Shown in pieces: positions 25,570 to 38,810 of a DNA stretch of 64,000 nt. Positions within the stretch are counted from its first letter, which is position 1, and each line of letters begins with the position of its first letter. The position numbers were made by a program, and so were the translations under genes. A model generated the notes under the pieces. The model saw only the letters and a list, made by a program, of their open reading frames with translations. It made no database searches and was not told where the DNA came from. This DNA comes from Octopus sinensis (Eukaryota). The stretch spans positions 95,604,001 through 95,668,000 of the forward strand of contig NC_043004.1 of NCBI RefSeq assembly GCF_006345805.1, in the 5' to 3' direction.

Positions 25570-27136
25570 ATTATTATTATTATTATTATTATCATTATTC
25601 CTTCATAACACAGTGTAGGTAAAAAAGCATCGGCGTCTTTTGTCATCTGTCAAGTCACAAGGACCTCAGACAGATAATACTTTCCTTAAGATGTGCGCTG
25701 TGCCCAATAAGGCTGCTTTTTGCAAGACATCAATCTTGCATGGGATTTCCAGTTGCCTTAAGAAGATTTAAAATTTCGATGGGATTGAGCAGCGCTCCAA
25801 TCACCACTGGTATCACTTTTACATTACCTCTTGCATTCCATACAGTCTTGCTATTTCCACTTTCAATTCGCAAGTACTTGGTGATTTTTTCAACCTCTTC
25901 ACTCACAGCATTCATGTCATTTGGTATGGCTACATCAATGATCTGACAGTATTTGTCTCTCTTATTCAATATGTGAATATCCAGCTTACTGTGTTCAATT
26001 ATACGATCCATCTGAAAATCTTAGTCTCAGAGTATTGTTACTTTTCCATCCTCCTGCATAACTTTACTTGGTACATGCTCATACCAGTTCTCTGTTACTT
26101 CATATTGGTATTTACGGCATAAGAGCCAATGAAGATACACACACTTTATCATGGCAACGCTTATATTCTTTTTGTGCAAGGCTCTCACATCTACACACCA
26201 AGTGGGTCACATTTTCCACACTCTTCCCACAGGGTCTGCATTTCTGGGTGTCAGAAGTTTTATAGATGTTATACTTCACAGAGTTGGTAGTGAGAGCCTG
26301 GTCTTGTGCAGCAATGATCAGGCTTGCAGTGGTATGCTTCAAATGACCTCACTCAAGCCATGCTGTATTATCCTTAACGTCTTGTGAATTCCTTTCAAAC
26401 TGTCCATGCATTCTCATTTCAAGAAGGTCTTCTTTTCTCTTCTCCTCAGTTCTTTGGTTAAACTCTTCTTTGCCCATCATTTCATCTGCATTTACACCCA
26501 AATATTTGCAGTGTATTGCAGCAGGTCTTCATCACTATTTATCAAATACTCAGAAAGCGTTTTCCTTTCACTCCTTATACAATGGTCTATACTAATTAGT
26601 CTTCTGCCACCATTCTTTCTTTTCATATAGTCTGTTTACATTTGTTTTATGGTGTAGCGCCCCATGCGACATCATCAACTTTCTCGTCTTTCTATCTAAT
26701 GTTGATATTTCTTCCTTAGTCCATTTGAGAATGGACGCATTATATCTGACCACCGCAACTGCTCAGATATTCATTGTGGTAATCAAATTTTTGGTATTCA
26801 GGTTCGATTTCAACACCATCTTCACCCTTTTTTGATATGCCTCACTAACCTTGACTTTCATTTCTCTGTGTAGAATGTCATCCAGCTCCCAAATCCCAAA
26901 ATATCTATACCCACTACCGTCGGGTTCACCCATGGTATCTCCTGATGGTAACCGCAATCCTCTGCAGGCTGCTTTCTTCCATCTTTTCTTATTATGTACT
27001 GAGCATTTGGTAATACCAAATTCCATACCAATGTCCCTACCACACTTCTGGGCTGTTTTGGTTAAGGAATCTATCTGTTTTTCAGATTACCCAAGCAATT
27101 TCAGGTCATCCTTAAACAGAAGATGGTTCAATGACA
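25570..27136 (-). mobile_element. R4/Dong-clade non-LTR retrotransposon, 3' half, pseudogenised (RT end, CCHC, RLE)
   Basis: NHLLFKDDLKL (RT motif, normally F/YxDD), DIGMEFGITKC..YRYFGIWE, CRPCGKSVENVTHLVCRC zinc knuckle, LDIHILNKRDKYCQIIDVAIPND..EKITKY..KVIPVVIGAL restriction-like endonuclease; (TAA)n at 3' end. Confidence 0.92.
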
Positions 27137-27146
27137 AGCTTTTCTT

Positions 27147-27516
27147 GTGGAAGCACTCCGTCGGTTACGAAGATGAGGGTTCCGGTTGATCCGATCAACG
27201 GAACAGCCTGTTCGTGAAATTAACGTGTAAGTGGCTGAACACTCCACAGACACATGTACCCTTAACGTAGTTCTCGGGGATATTCAGCGTGACACAGAGA
27301 GTGTCAAGGCCGGCCCTTTGAAATACAGGTACAACAGAAACAGAAAGTTGTGGTGAAAGAGTACAGCAGGGATCACCACCATCCCTGCCGGAGCCTCGTG
27401 GAGCTTTTAGGTGTTTTCGCTCAATAAACACTCACAACACCCGGTCTGGGAATCGAAACTGCGATCCTACGACCGTGAGTCCGCTGCCCTAACCACTGGG
27501 CCATTGTGCCTCCGCG
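27147..27516 (-). mobile_element. SINE family C, full length with 10-bp TSD
   Basis: AGCTTTTCTT at 27137-27146 and 27517-27526; head GGAGGCACAATGGCCCAGTGGTTAGG with GTTTCGATTCC B-box-like motif. Confidence 0.93.
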
Positions 27517-27526
27517 AGCTTTTCTT

Positions 27527-27770
27527 AGGAGTATGATAAATAAAGTAACACAAAAGATAAATACTGTCATACCATACATCTAAACAGAGGACATAACACA
27601 AACAAGGAATCTACTCTGAGCTACTGCAGTACCTGTTGAGGAGAAACTACAACTTAAGAGAACAAAAAATGGTGGAGCAAAAGAACCATGGTGGAAATGA
27701 CACATTGAAAGGGACATAATATGGGCAAGGCAAGATCTAGGAAAAATTTAGCAATGGTTAAAAGGAAACT
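27527..27770 (+). mobile_element. R4/Dong-clade ORF upstream segment in inverted orientation
   Basis: Manual translation INKVTQKINTVIPYI*TEDITQTRNLL*ATAVPVEEKL..KEPWWK*HIERDI..RQDLGKI*QWLKG matches the pre-RT EPWWKRRIE segment of R4/Dong ORFs. Confidence 0.75.
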
Positions 27771-28707
27771 GAGGTTGACTTTGCCTTTCATCTTTCAGGG
27801 TCAATAAATTAAGTACCAGGGAAATACTGGGGATTGATATAATCAACTAGTCCACTTCACCAAAATTTCAGGCCTTGTGCCTATTATTATTAATATTATT
27901 GTTGTTGTTATTATTATTATTATGATCATGATTATTATTATTATTATTATTATTATTATGATCATGATTATTATTATTATTATTATTAAGGCATTTAGCT
28001 GACAGAATAGTTAGCAAACAGGGTGAAATGCTTAGCAGTATTTCATCTGCCTTTACATTCTGAGTCCAAATCCAATCAACCACTGACTTTACCTTTAAAT
28101 AGTGTGAGATAAATAAAGTAAACAATCAGTCTAGTTGTGGGGCCAAGAGTATCATCTGTTTCCACTCAAGATTGTTGGCCTTGTGCCTAAATTAGAAACA
28201 ATTGTTTATTACTATTAAGATGTTCTTGATGATGATGATGATGATGAAGACGACGACGGTGGTGGTGGTGGAGGTGGTGGTGGTGATGCTGCTCACACTG
28301 TCAGAAGCAGTATTAATGACGAGTGATTATGACTAAAAGAGGTTATCTATAATGATTAAGATAGCATCAAAGTTGACGGTAATGGTAATACTACAAGAAA
28401 AGTTATTTTTATATCAAGTACGCAATACATATTTATATATTTATGTATATATATATGTATATTTATATAAACACACACAAAAACACATATATATAAATCT
28501 ACATAAACGTATTTATATATATATATATTATATATATATATAATATATATATTATATATATATATATACACACATATACATACATACATATATATACACA
28601 TGCATATGTATACTTGCATGTCAATATATATATGCATATATATATACATATATATAAATATATATATAACACACAAACACAACACACACACACACACCAC
28701 ACACACA

Positions 28708-28742
<35 letters not shown>

Positions 28743-29097
28743 ATATATATATATATATATATACATATATATGTATTATTTATAAATGATACAATGATCT
28801 AGTTGTTTGTTAGATATTGTAATTTAAAGATCTTGTAGCACGGATATTTGTTAAGCTAAATGTAAATATCAAAAATGTGGCGCCATCTACACAGTTGTAA
28901 ACAAGAGCAAGATATTTCAGTGGTGCCTTCCAGAAACACAGAACACAATAACATGCACCCGGCTGACTTTTGTACTTGGTAGATTACTAATTTTAGATAT
29001 ACAGAAATATTTTTATATGTATGAATCTATAAATGTGTTTATAGGTCTGTCAGTGTGTAAATATACATATATACAAACATATATATACATATATATT

Positions 29098-29128
<31 letters not shown>

Positions 29129-29334
29129 GCTTATGTACATATGTATGTTATATCTACCTATCTATCTATCTTTCTATCTATCAATCTATCTATCTAAATA
29201 CCTATCTATTTATTATATATATATACACACACCCATATATAAATATATACATATGTATGTATATTTATATGCATATTTATATATGTGTGTGTGTGTACGT
29301 GTGTGTATTCACATACATTTGTGTGAGTACATAA

Positions 29335-29392
<58 letters not shown>

Positions 29393-30551
29393 ATCTATCT
29401 ATCTATATAAATAGATAAATAGATAGATAGATACATACATATATACATACATACATACATACATACATACATACATACATACATACATACATACATACAT
29501 ACATACATACAATTGCTTGAGATTATTTCAATTCTTCTTCAAAGAATTCAAGCCAGTCACTAACAAAATGGCACAGCTTCTTTGTTTGAGTCAAGACAGT
29601 TCCAAGGATTTGCAGGAATGAGTGAGTCTATGTTCGCATATGTGTGAAGCTATGTGGCTACTTTGTAAGTATTTGTGTATGTCTGTTTGTGTCTATACCT
29701 GTGTCTCATATATACAAGAGTGTGCTTACATTTTATTTATGTGGTATGTTGGTGAATGTCATATGCTTTTATGTAATTGGCGTGTGAATGTTCCTTCTAG
29801 AAAAATTCAATATTGAATCTTCTAAATGTTTATAAATCTTCATCATGACCAAATTTGAAGGAAGCAGATCACCTGGTTTTGTTATTTCCCAGAAAAAAAA
29901 ACCCCAGTATTTCCTGGCTTTTACATAAATCTGTTGCTACATAATCCACTACACATATGATAATAAGTACAAATGAGAATCTATAGGCTGGATACAAGAG
30001 CTGAAAGTTCTTCATTATTTAACCATAGACAAGGCACTCACATTCACTCAGTAGCTGACTTTTACACCAGTTCCTGACTTTTGTTGCCTGTCCTATAGAA
30101 CAATATTAGGTCTATTCTGTTTGTGTTAGATAGCTATTTTCATTGAAATACTCCACCAGTATTTCTTATTTTTACTTTTAATGTAGTGTAGATCATTCTC
30201 ATTCTCGTGCTGCTAGATAGCATCGAAAGTAGTTTGGGCAAATAGTTGAAGTTGATGCTTTAGCCCTAGGTCAACTCTGATTGAGCAAATGCATTGTCAA
30301 AAGCATTCTAGGACTGCATTGTTCATAAAGGTGGTGGGTGGTTAATTTGAAGAAAATTGCTTACTGTTTTTAGCAAATCTTGTGGCCACATTGAGGGATA
30401 TCTCATAGGGAGGAAGTACTTTGTGAACATTACTGGACAGCTATTGATGATCCTACCAGTCACTTTTAATGCAGAAGTTAACAGTGGATAGAATTTTTCC
30501 ATGTGGTGGTATCGAAAAGTTCCCAGACTAGTTCTGTATCATACAAACTGA

Positions 30552-30958
30552 TAGCGCAGGAGTGGCTGTGTGGTAAGTAGCTTGTTTACTAACCTCATGA
30601 TTCCGGGTTCAATCCCACTGCGTGGCACCTTGGGCAAGCGTCTTCTGTTATAGCCTCGGGCCAACCAAAGCCTTGTGAGTGGATTTGGTAGACGGAAACT
30701 GAAAGAAGCCTGTCGTATATATGTATATATATGTATATATGTGTGTGCGTGTATGTTTGTGTTTGTCCCCCTAGCATTGCTTGACAACCGATGCTGGTGT
30801 GTTTATGTCCCCGTTACTTAGCGGTTCGGCAAAAGAGACCGATAGAATAAGTACTGGGCTTACAAAGAATAAGTCCCGGGGTCGAGTTGCTCGATTAAAG
30901 GCGGTGCTCCAGCATGGCCGCAGTCAAATGACTGAAACAAGTAAAAGAGTAAAGAGTA
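30552..30958 (+). mobile_element. SINE family A, full length, young
   Basis: Near-identical to 15757-16168; CpGs retained. Confidence 0.92.
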
Positions 30959-31469
30959 TGGCAGCACATGATGTGCATGTGTATATGTAGGTGCAGTGTG
31001 TGTGGACAATTTTTTTCTCTTAAGAGCTGGATTGATCAACCACCAAGCCTCACGTGAACCAGAGAGAAGTCAAGCAGCTTGCAAGATGGCTCTGCTGCCA
31101 CATCTTCCACAGTACATTTGTAATAAGTGTGGCTTTTAATTTCACCATTGAGGATGATGATTGCACAAGTCTTTGAGCATAACCCTGACCAAGAACTTCC
31201 CAAGATCTGTGTATTGCAACAGCAGGAATAAAGACTGACTGCTCTTAGAGCACACAGATTTATTTTTTCCCAGTATTGTAGTATGCAGTCCTAGTTCAAA
31301 CCTCTATGACGAAAGTGCTCATAAGGAGAGGTAACATCTTCCTTTGGGATATCTGCCAGAATGTTCCCAAGCTCAAGAGATTTTTTGTTTTTCAGAATTC
31401 TTATGACTACTAATTTCAGCAAAATTCAGTGTTTCATCAAGATGGTAGATGATGAGTCATTACTATTTA

Positions 31470-31720
31470 ATGTTCTTTTTCTATGCTGGCATGGGTTGGA
31501 CGGTTTGACCAGAGCTGGCAAGCAGGAGAACTGTATCAGGTTCCAGTTTGATTTAGCTTGGTTTCTATGGCTGGAAGCCTTTTCTAACCCCAACCATTTT
31601 TCAGAGTGTGCTGGGTGTTGTTTTTGTGGCACCAGTAGGGGTGCTTTTCACAAGGGCCAGCACAGGTGCTTTTTACATAGACCAGCATGGGTACTTTTTA
31701 CATGAACCATATTAAGCAAA
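31470..31720 (-). mobile_element. RTE 3'-UTR repeat, decayed
   Basis: Reverse complement of the CCAACCCATGCCAGCAT and GGTTAGAAAAGGCTTCCAGCC motifs plus AAAAGCACC subrepeats. Confidence 0.65.
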
Positions 31721-32079
31721 ATTCTTCTATGGCTGCAAGATTCACTGGCTCAGGAGCTAAAAGAAGTATTCCTCCAGATGTGGTCAGACTCACATACATA
31801 TACTCATACATATACACAGTTTCATTCAGAGTGACACAAACAAATAAACACACATATATATTCATGTAGACACACACTAAACATATATACATTTTCACAT
31901 ACCTACACATCCACACATACGTGTGTATGCACATTCCTACATATATTAAGAGATCTGGCATGATAGATAAATAGTTAGATTGATGGACATCTGGATGGAT
32001 GGACAGATATATAAACAAATGAATGGCTGAGTTGATATACAGACAAACAACAGACACATAGATAAACAGGCATACAAAC

Positions 32080-32126
<47 letters not shown>

Positions 32127-32158
32127 GAGACAGAGATTCAGGAATATAAGAAACTTTT

Positions 32159-32369
32159 TACTCTTTTACTTGTTTCAGTCAATTGACTGTGGTCATGCTG
32201 GAGCACTGCCTTTAGTCAAACAAATTGACCCCAGGACTTATTCTTTGTAAGCCTAGGACTTACTTCTATCAATCTCTTTTGCCAAATCGCTAAATTACTG
32301 GGATGTAAACACACCAGCGTCGGTTGTCAAGCGATGTTGGGGGACAAACACAGACATAAAAACACATAC

Positions 32370-32450
<81 letters not shown>

Positions 32451-32624
32451 TATACGACAGGCTTCTTTCAGTTTCCATCTACCAAATCTACTAATCCACT
32501 CGCAAGGTTTTGGTTGGCTGAGGCTATAGTAGAAGACACTTGCCCAAGGTGCCATGCAGTGGGACTGAACCCAGAACCATGTGGTTCGTAAGCAAGCTAC
32601 TTACCACACAGCCACTCTTACGCC
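32159..32624 (-). mobile_element. SINE family A, full length
   Basis: Reverse complement of the family with expanded internal (CA)n(TA)n. Confidence 0.9.
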
Positions 32625-33273
32625 ATGTAGATGAAAAAAATACAAACAAACCTTCTTTCTAAGTGGGTGTAAGGTGCCAGATTCATAATGTCTACAAGAC
32701 ATTCTGAAACGTCCATCAATAACCAAGTCAAGAAACTAACTGTGTTTTGGCAATAATAAAATGTATATTATTCAAAACGTTTCATAAATTTCCTCTCTTC
32801 CATTCAACCTTCTTAAATACTGTAAAAACATTTAGCATCTAACTATTCAAAGTGTAACAGCACCAGAGTTTGAATAAGCAAACAAATATTCACCTTTCTA
32901 CTTGAGTACATTTCAATTTTTAACCATTTCTTGTATATCTGCAAAGAGATAAATATAGAATATACATAGAATGTATGGTGAGAAGATAGTTTAGTCTATA
33001 GAACAGCATGCACAATTTCCTTATCAGTTAGTTTTTGATTTAATTTTCGGTTAATTCTTAGCATTCTGTCTGTCAGCATCACACTTATACATTGCATTAC
33101 ATTCTTGTTTTGTCCTTTTTCTTTCTTCTGTTTCTTGTTTTACAGGGTGTTTTTTCTTTTCCTTTTTAGTGTTTCTTACATTTTGATTTATTTTCTTTTT
33201 CTTGCACATTCTTGTTTTGCTGACATTTTATTTATTATTATTATTATTATATGACTTCTATGGCTGAGTATGT

Positions 33274-33465
33274 GGAGGCACATGGCCTAGTGGTTAGAGC
33301 AGCAGACTCACGGTCAAGGGATTGCGGGTTCGAATCTCAGACCAAGCGAGGTGTGTGTTTATGAGCGAAACACCTAAGCTCCACGCGGCTCCAGCAGAAG
33401 GTAATGGCGAACTTCTGCTGACTCTTTCACTACAACTTTCTCTCACTCTTTCCTCCTGCATCTTG
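33274..33465 (+). mobile_element. tRNA-headed SINE related to family C, 3'-truncated
   Basis: GGAGGCACATGGCCTAGTGGTTAGAGC A-box-like and GGTTCGAATC B-box-like motifs, then GAGCGAAACACCTAAGCTCCACG shared with family C. Confidence 0.8.
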
Positions 33466-33537
33466 TGTTATATAAGCGTTGTTGAAACAGCTGTAGGAAT
33501 TAGTATTTTTAAATGTCACCAATATTGCTTCTTGTTG

Positions 33538-33574
<37 letters not shown>

Positions 33575-33599
33575 TATATATATATATATATGAATTTTT

Positions 33600-33780
33600 T
33601 TTTTTTTCCTCTGTCTTCCCTTCTCGGGATCTTTCCTTCTCCTTTGTTTCCGACAAAGAGCTCCGCTCGAAACGTTAAACCCTCCTTCCCTTCTTTCCTG
33701 AGCGTCCAATGATACTTTATTTGTTCCACGTCCTCGCGTTGCTGTGTTTTTTTGTGTTTTCTTGTTTGGATTAACTATAT
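33600..33780 (+). mobile_element. Penelope-derived short repeat with decayed minimal hammerhead (33646-33680)
   Basis: GTTT-CCGACAA-A-GAGC tcc GCTC-GAAA-CGTT-AAAC: stems I and II and palindromic AACGTT present, core mutated at positions 4 and 8. Confidence 0.55.
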
Positions 33781-33803
33781 ATATGTGTGTGTGTATATGT
33801 ATG

Positions 33804-33834
<31 letters not shown>

Positions 33835-34018
33835 ATATGCATGCATGTATTTATGTACATTTGTGTGCATGTATGAATGTATATCAGCATATATATGTAC
33901 TTATATAATGATATAGATAAATATAGATAGATACATTCACATACTTACACAAGCATAAACATTGTTAAGATATTTAATTATAAATATATGAGTTGTTGTA
34001 TGTGAATATATGTATATA

Positions 34019-34052
<34 letters not shown>

Positions 34053-34345
34053 CATATATACAATATACATACATACATATACACACACATGTGCATACAT
34101 AAAGAGATAAACAGGTGGGGAGATTGATATAGTGTTTTGTATCTGTATACATATTTATTTCAATGTGTTTACTTTCTTTTCAGAAATTTCACATCTTCAA
34201 AAAATGTCTTCCCTCCTTTTTACTTATTTAATTTTATATCATTAAAGATTCAGTTTTCATATAACATAATAATGGTTTTCCTTTGATTTTACTCGGTGTT
34301 ATCTCTCACTTTCCTTCCCTCTCTCTCTCCCTCTCTCTTTCTCCC

Positions 34346-34391
<46 letters not shown>

Positions 34392-34584
34392 GTGTGTATT
34401 TCATTAACCTCATACTTTAAAAAAATCTCTTACATGCAAGTATTTTTCCATTTCCCTTGTAATATATTTCTATTCTATCCTATATCATTGACTTACACTT
34501 TCTTATCTCTTTTCACAGAGAAGCCACATATATATTTATCTACATATCTACCAATCCGCAAGCACATCTCTCTCTCTCTCTCTA

Positions 34585-34659
<75 letters not shown>

Positions 34660-35404
34660 TATATATATATATAAATATATACACATAAATTTATAAACAT
34701 ACATACATCTATTTTCTTATCAGCTTGCTTATATTTCATTTATTACAATTTACCATTACTAGTTAATATGAAGTAAATAAATTTGTTTTAATTTATATTC
34801 AGGAACTTCAAACTACAATAGAAGCCACAACAGAGCAAATTTTAAAATGTGAATTGCATCCTTAAAACAATGACAAACAAAAAAAATTCACTCAATATTT
34901 ACAAATATTAAATGTTGAAATGAAAATTAACAACACTCGTTTGAATGATAGAAAGTTCTTAGAAAATAACACTTTCATGTATGCCTTTAATTATATATAT
35001 AAATCTCATATATGTGTGTATGTATGCGTAGAAGCATGTGTGCATATGGGGGAGTGAGTGTGTGTGTGTGTGTGCTTAGAATATTTATATAAATATTGAA
35101 ATTGATATAAATCCTCCGACTTCTTGGCATATCTTAACATGTTGGGTGATCTTTGTAGACAAGTAGTTCATTAATATGGTGTCGTCTTGCATAGGCTTGT
35201 TTCAACTACGGAAGCATGGGAAAACCCCACATGTTAAAGCAAAGATGATGATATGTATGTATATGTATATATTTATATGTTGTTACACATACAGGTGCAC
35301 ACGTGGCTCTGTGGTTCGTCTTAGGCAAAAGTTTTCTACTCTATTCTCGGAACAATCAAAATCTTGTGAGTGGATTTGGTAGACAGAAACTAAAAGAAGC
35401 CCGT

Positions 35405-35462
<58 letters not shown>

Positions 35463-36689
35463 GGATTGAATAAAAAGAACACAACAAACGCAAAAATTTA
35501 ACAAAAGCATGACACACTGAAAATTTGCTGCCGATTCCTCATCAATCAATGTCCAATAGATCCTAGTGGTTTCGCGCTTTTAACATTAGCACCACTCCAT
35601 CTTGGGAGTGCTAGAGCAGAAAGCTTCTAGGAATAGTTGTACGTATGCAATAAAAAATAATTATACAGATACAACAGAAAATGAATAATTATACATATAC
35701 AACATTAAAAGACCTTTTGGCCGTCAAACGGACGTATGTGAGGCAATGCAAAGGAGAAATATATGTATGTATATGCTACTGTGTGTGTGTCTTTGAGTCT
35801 GTGTTTGTCCTCTACCACTGCTTGACAATCGGCGTTGGTGAGTCTGTCACCACGTAACTTAACGGTTTAGCAAAACAGACCGATAGAATAAGTACCAGGC
35901 TTAAAAAGAAGTATTGGGGGTCGATCCATTCGACTAAAAATTCAATGCAGCGCACCTGCATGGCCACAGTCTAATGACTGTAACAAGTTAAAAATAAAAG
36001 ATAGAAAGATACAATGCGCGCACGCACACGCACACATACACACACACACTCACACACACTTCACACATGTATATCAAAGACGAAAAGTTTAAAAGGCCTT
36101 TCTGAGTCATAAACTCATAAGGCATGTTTCCCGGTTTCTGTGCTGCATATAATCCCCGCCGTTGGACAGGATACCTGTCTGTCACAGAATTACTCATTTT
36201 TTTCTAGCTGACGGGATCGGAGCCACACGAAATGAAATATTTTGCTCAAGAACATAACACATCGCCTGACCCGGGAATCGAAACTACAAACTTCCTATCA
36301 TGAGAGTAACACCCTAACCACTAAACCACAAGCCTCCACATATACGAAATATACACAGATATTTGTGAGTGGGTTTATGTATAAATGTATTTATGTATGA
36401 ATATATGTATAAGTATTATTTGTAAGCACATAAGAGTAAAACAAGGTGGAGAAGACAACACTCAAATACCAAAGGTATATAGAATTTTATTAAAGGTGAA
36501 AAACTTCACAAAGCATTAAAAATTCATGATGTTTACTTGTTTGCTCTTCATTGAATTTTATTTTCGAGTCACTTAGTTTATGCTTCCTAAATTCTAAACT
36601 GGATTTTTTCTTTTTCTTTCCTCAAATCTTTAAGGAAGACTTTTTCATTCATCGAGGCTTAATATTTCTTATTATTCAACCTTATTTTT

Positions 36690-37200
36690 CCAATTTTCAA
36701 AATATATCTATTTGTTCATTCGTGGTCATCAAACGTCTCCAGCAGATTACATCGGTTTTGAAATGCGATATCTCAGTAGACGAACCAACTATGAATTGAT
36801 TCTCACTGGTATATTTAAATCCATTGTTTTATTCAAAAAATCTGATTGTCACTTGCGTGAAACTCAGAAAAGAGTCTGAGTTTTCATTTTCAAGATCGAT
36901 CCACAACTCAACATGAACACATAACATAATACAGAACACTACTAACCTTTCAATTAATACCACTAACCTCCATACATCCCACACACTATTCACATTACAG
37001 ATCTATATCTACCCTAATTGCATCAAATCCAGAACTACTTACCTACCTTACACATAATCGTTTTACTCAGGGTCTAGTAGACCTGACACCGTTCATTAAT
37101 CGGTGTGCATTCAAAGCAATGATTAGTTAATTCATGAAACCGGTATGCTTTTGAATCTCATTAAGAATTCACAATAATGACTTTTATTACTTTTATTCCT
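36690..37200 (+). mobile_element. Penelope-like element 3' end (GIY-YIG relic plus pLTR)
   Basis: Manual translation ..PADYIGFEMRYLSRR.. (YIG motif) and ..RKESEF..IDPQLNMN (C-terminal E..LN motif, frameshifted), followed by a hammerhead-like fold. Confidence 0.6.
37109..37156 (+). ncRNA. Type I minimal hammerhead-like motif, non-canonical core
   Basis: Stem I ATTCAAAGCA/TGCTTTTGAAT (10 bp, 1 bulge); ATGATTA in the core position; GAAA; palindromic ACCGGT; GUA site at 37143-37145. Confidence 0.55.
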
Positions 37201-37345
37201 ATCTCAGTTAATCTAATTGTATATGTCTATTGTTAGTTTTCATAAAAAGCCTTTACTTTTTTATTTTAATGTGCATCTTTGCTAATTTTTCTTCTTACTT
37301 TCCCCTTACATTTCCACGTGTAGTTTCTATTTTCTTTTTGTAACA

Positions 37346-37391
<46 letters not shown>

Positions 37392-37402
37392 AATTAATAA
37401 TA

Positions 37403-37783
<381 letters not shown>

Positions 37784-37848
37784 TATAAACAGCAGGTAGC
37801 AATTTTTCACCAAAAAGGACAATTATGATTATCACTAAGTATGACAAT

Positions 37849-38217
37849 GGTGTTAGAAAACACCTACATTGCTAGAAATTAGAGCTGAAATGCTCTAATG
37901 CTGTAATTAACGCACATGAATGAAAACATACACTAACAGGGACCGTAACTGTCCGAAAAATACCGACCGAGAATTCTTAAGACTGACACATCAGTTTCGG
38001 AAATTTCCACTGCTACCATTCATTAGACCATCTCGGTGTTCGGCTATTTCCGGGCCTGTTTCTCTGTTAGAATATATGTTTTCGTCATCCAAATTAATCG
38101 ATGATTCGCTAATGTGCATACACAACATTAGTGTGTATGTTTTCATTCATATCCGTTAAATACAGCATTAGAGCATTTTTGAGCTTATTTCTTGCAATGT
38201 AGGTGTTTTTTAACACC
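37849..38217. mobile_element. MITE with ~90-bp imperfect TIRs
   Basis: GGTGTTAGAAAACACCTACATTGC..ATGAAAACATACACTAA is mirrored at 38128-38217; weaker inner symmetry too. Confidence 0.75.
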
Positions 38218-38502
38218 CTAAGTGATTGAAGTGGTGTACAGATATTGTATACTGAGAAAAAGGAGGTGGTCAGAATTTTAGATAATCCTCTATTAATGTT
38301 TTCGTTCGTTTACGAACTCGTCCAAACAAAAATCAAAATCAACACACACACATACACACACATATATATATATACATACATATATACGTATGTATGCATG
38401 CATATTCACTCATTCTCTTAACTTTTAGTTTAACTTTTGATCGGCCATACACACACAGATTTACATATATATATAATGAAAAACATACATGAAAGTGTTA
38501 TG

Positions 38503-38543
<41 letters not shown>

Positions 38544-38810
38544 ATACATAGAGAGAGAGAGAGAGAGAGAGAGATTAATTTCATTGGAGTGTTAATCCTG
38601 AAATCCAGGTATGAGTTCTAGGACTTGAGACACTAATGTCCACGTGTTGATGACGACAATGATGTTCTTTCAGTTTATTTGTCATCCATTCTTCTTATAA
38701 ATTAGTGTTACACATTCATCAAGGCGGTAAGCTGGCAGAACCGTTAGCATGCTGGGTGAAAATGCTTAGTGGCATTTCATCTGTCTTTACGTTCTGACTT
38801 CCAATTCTAT

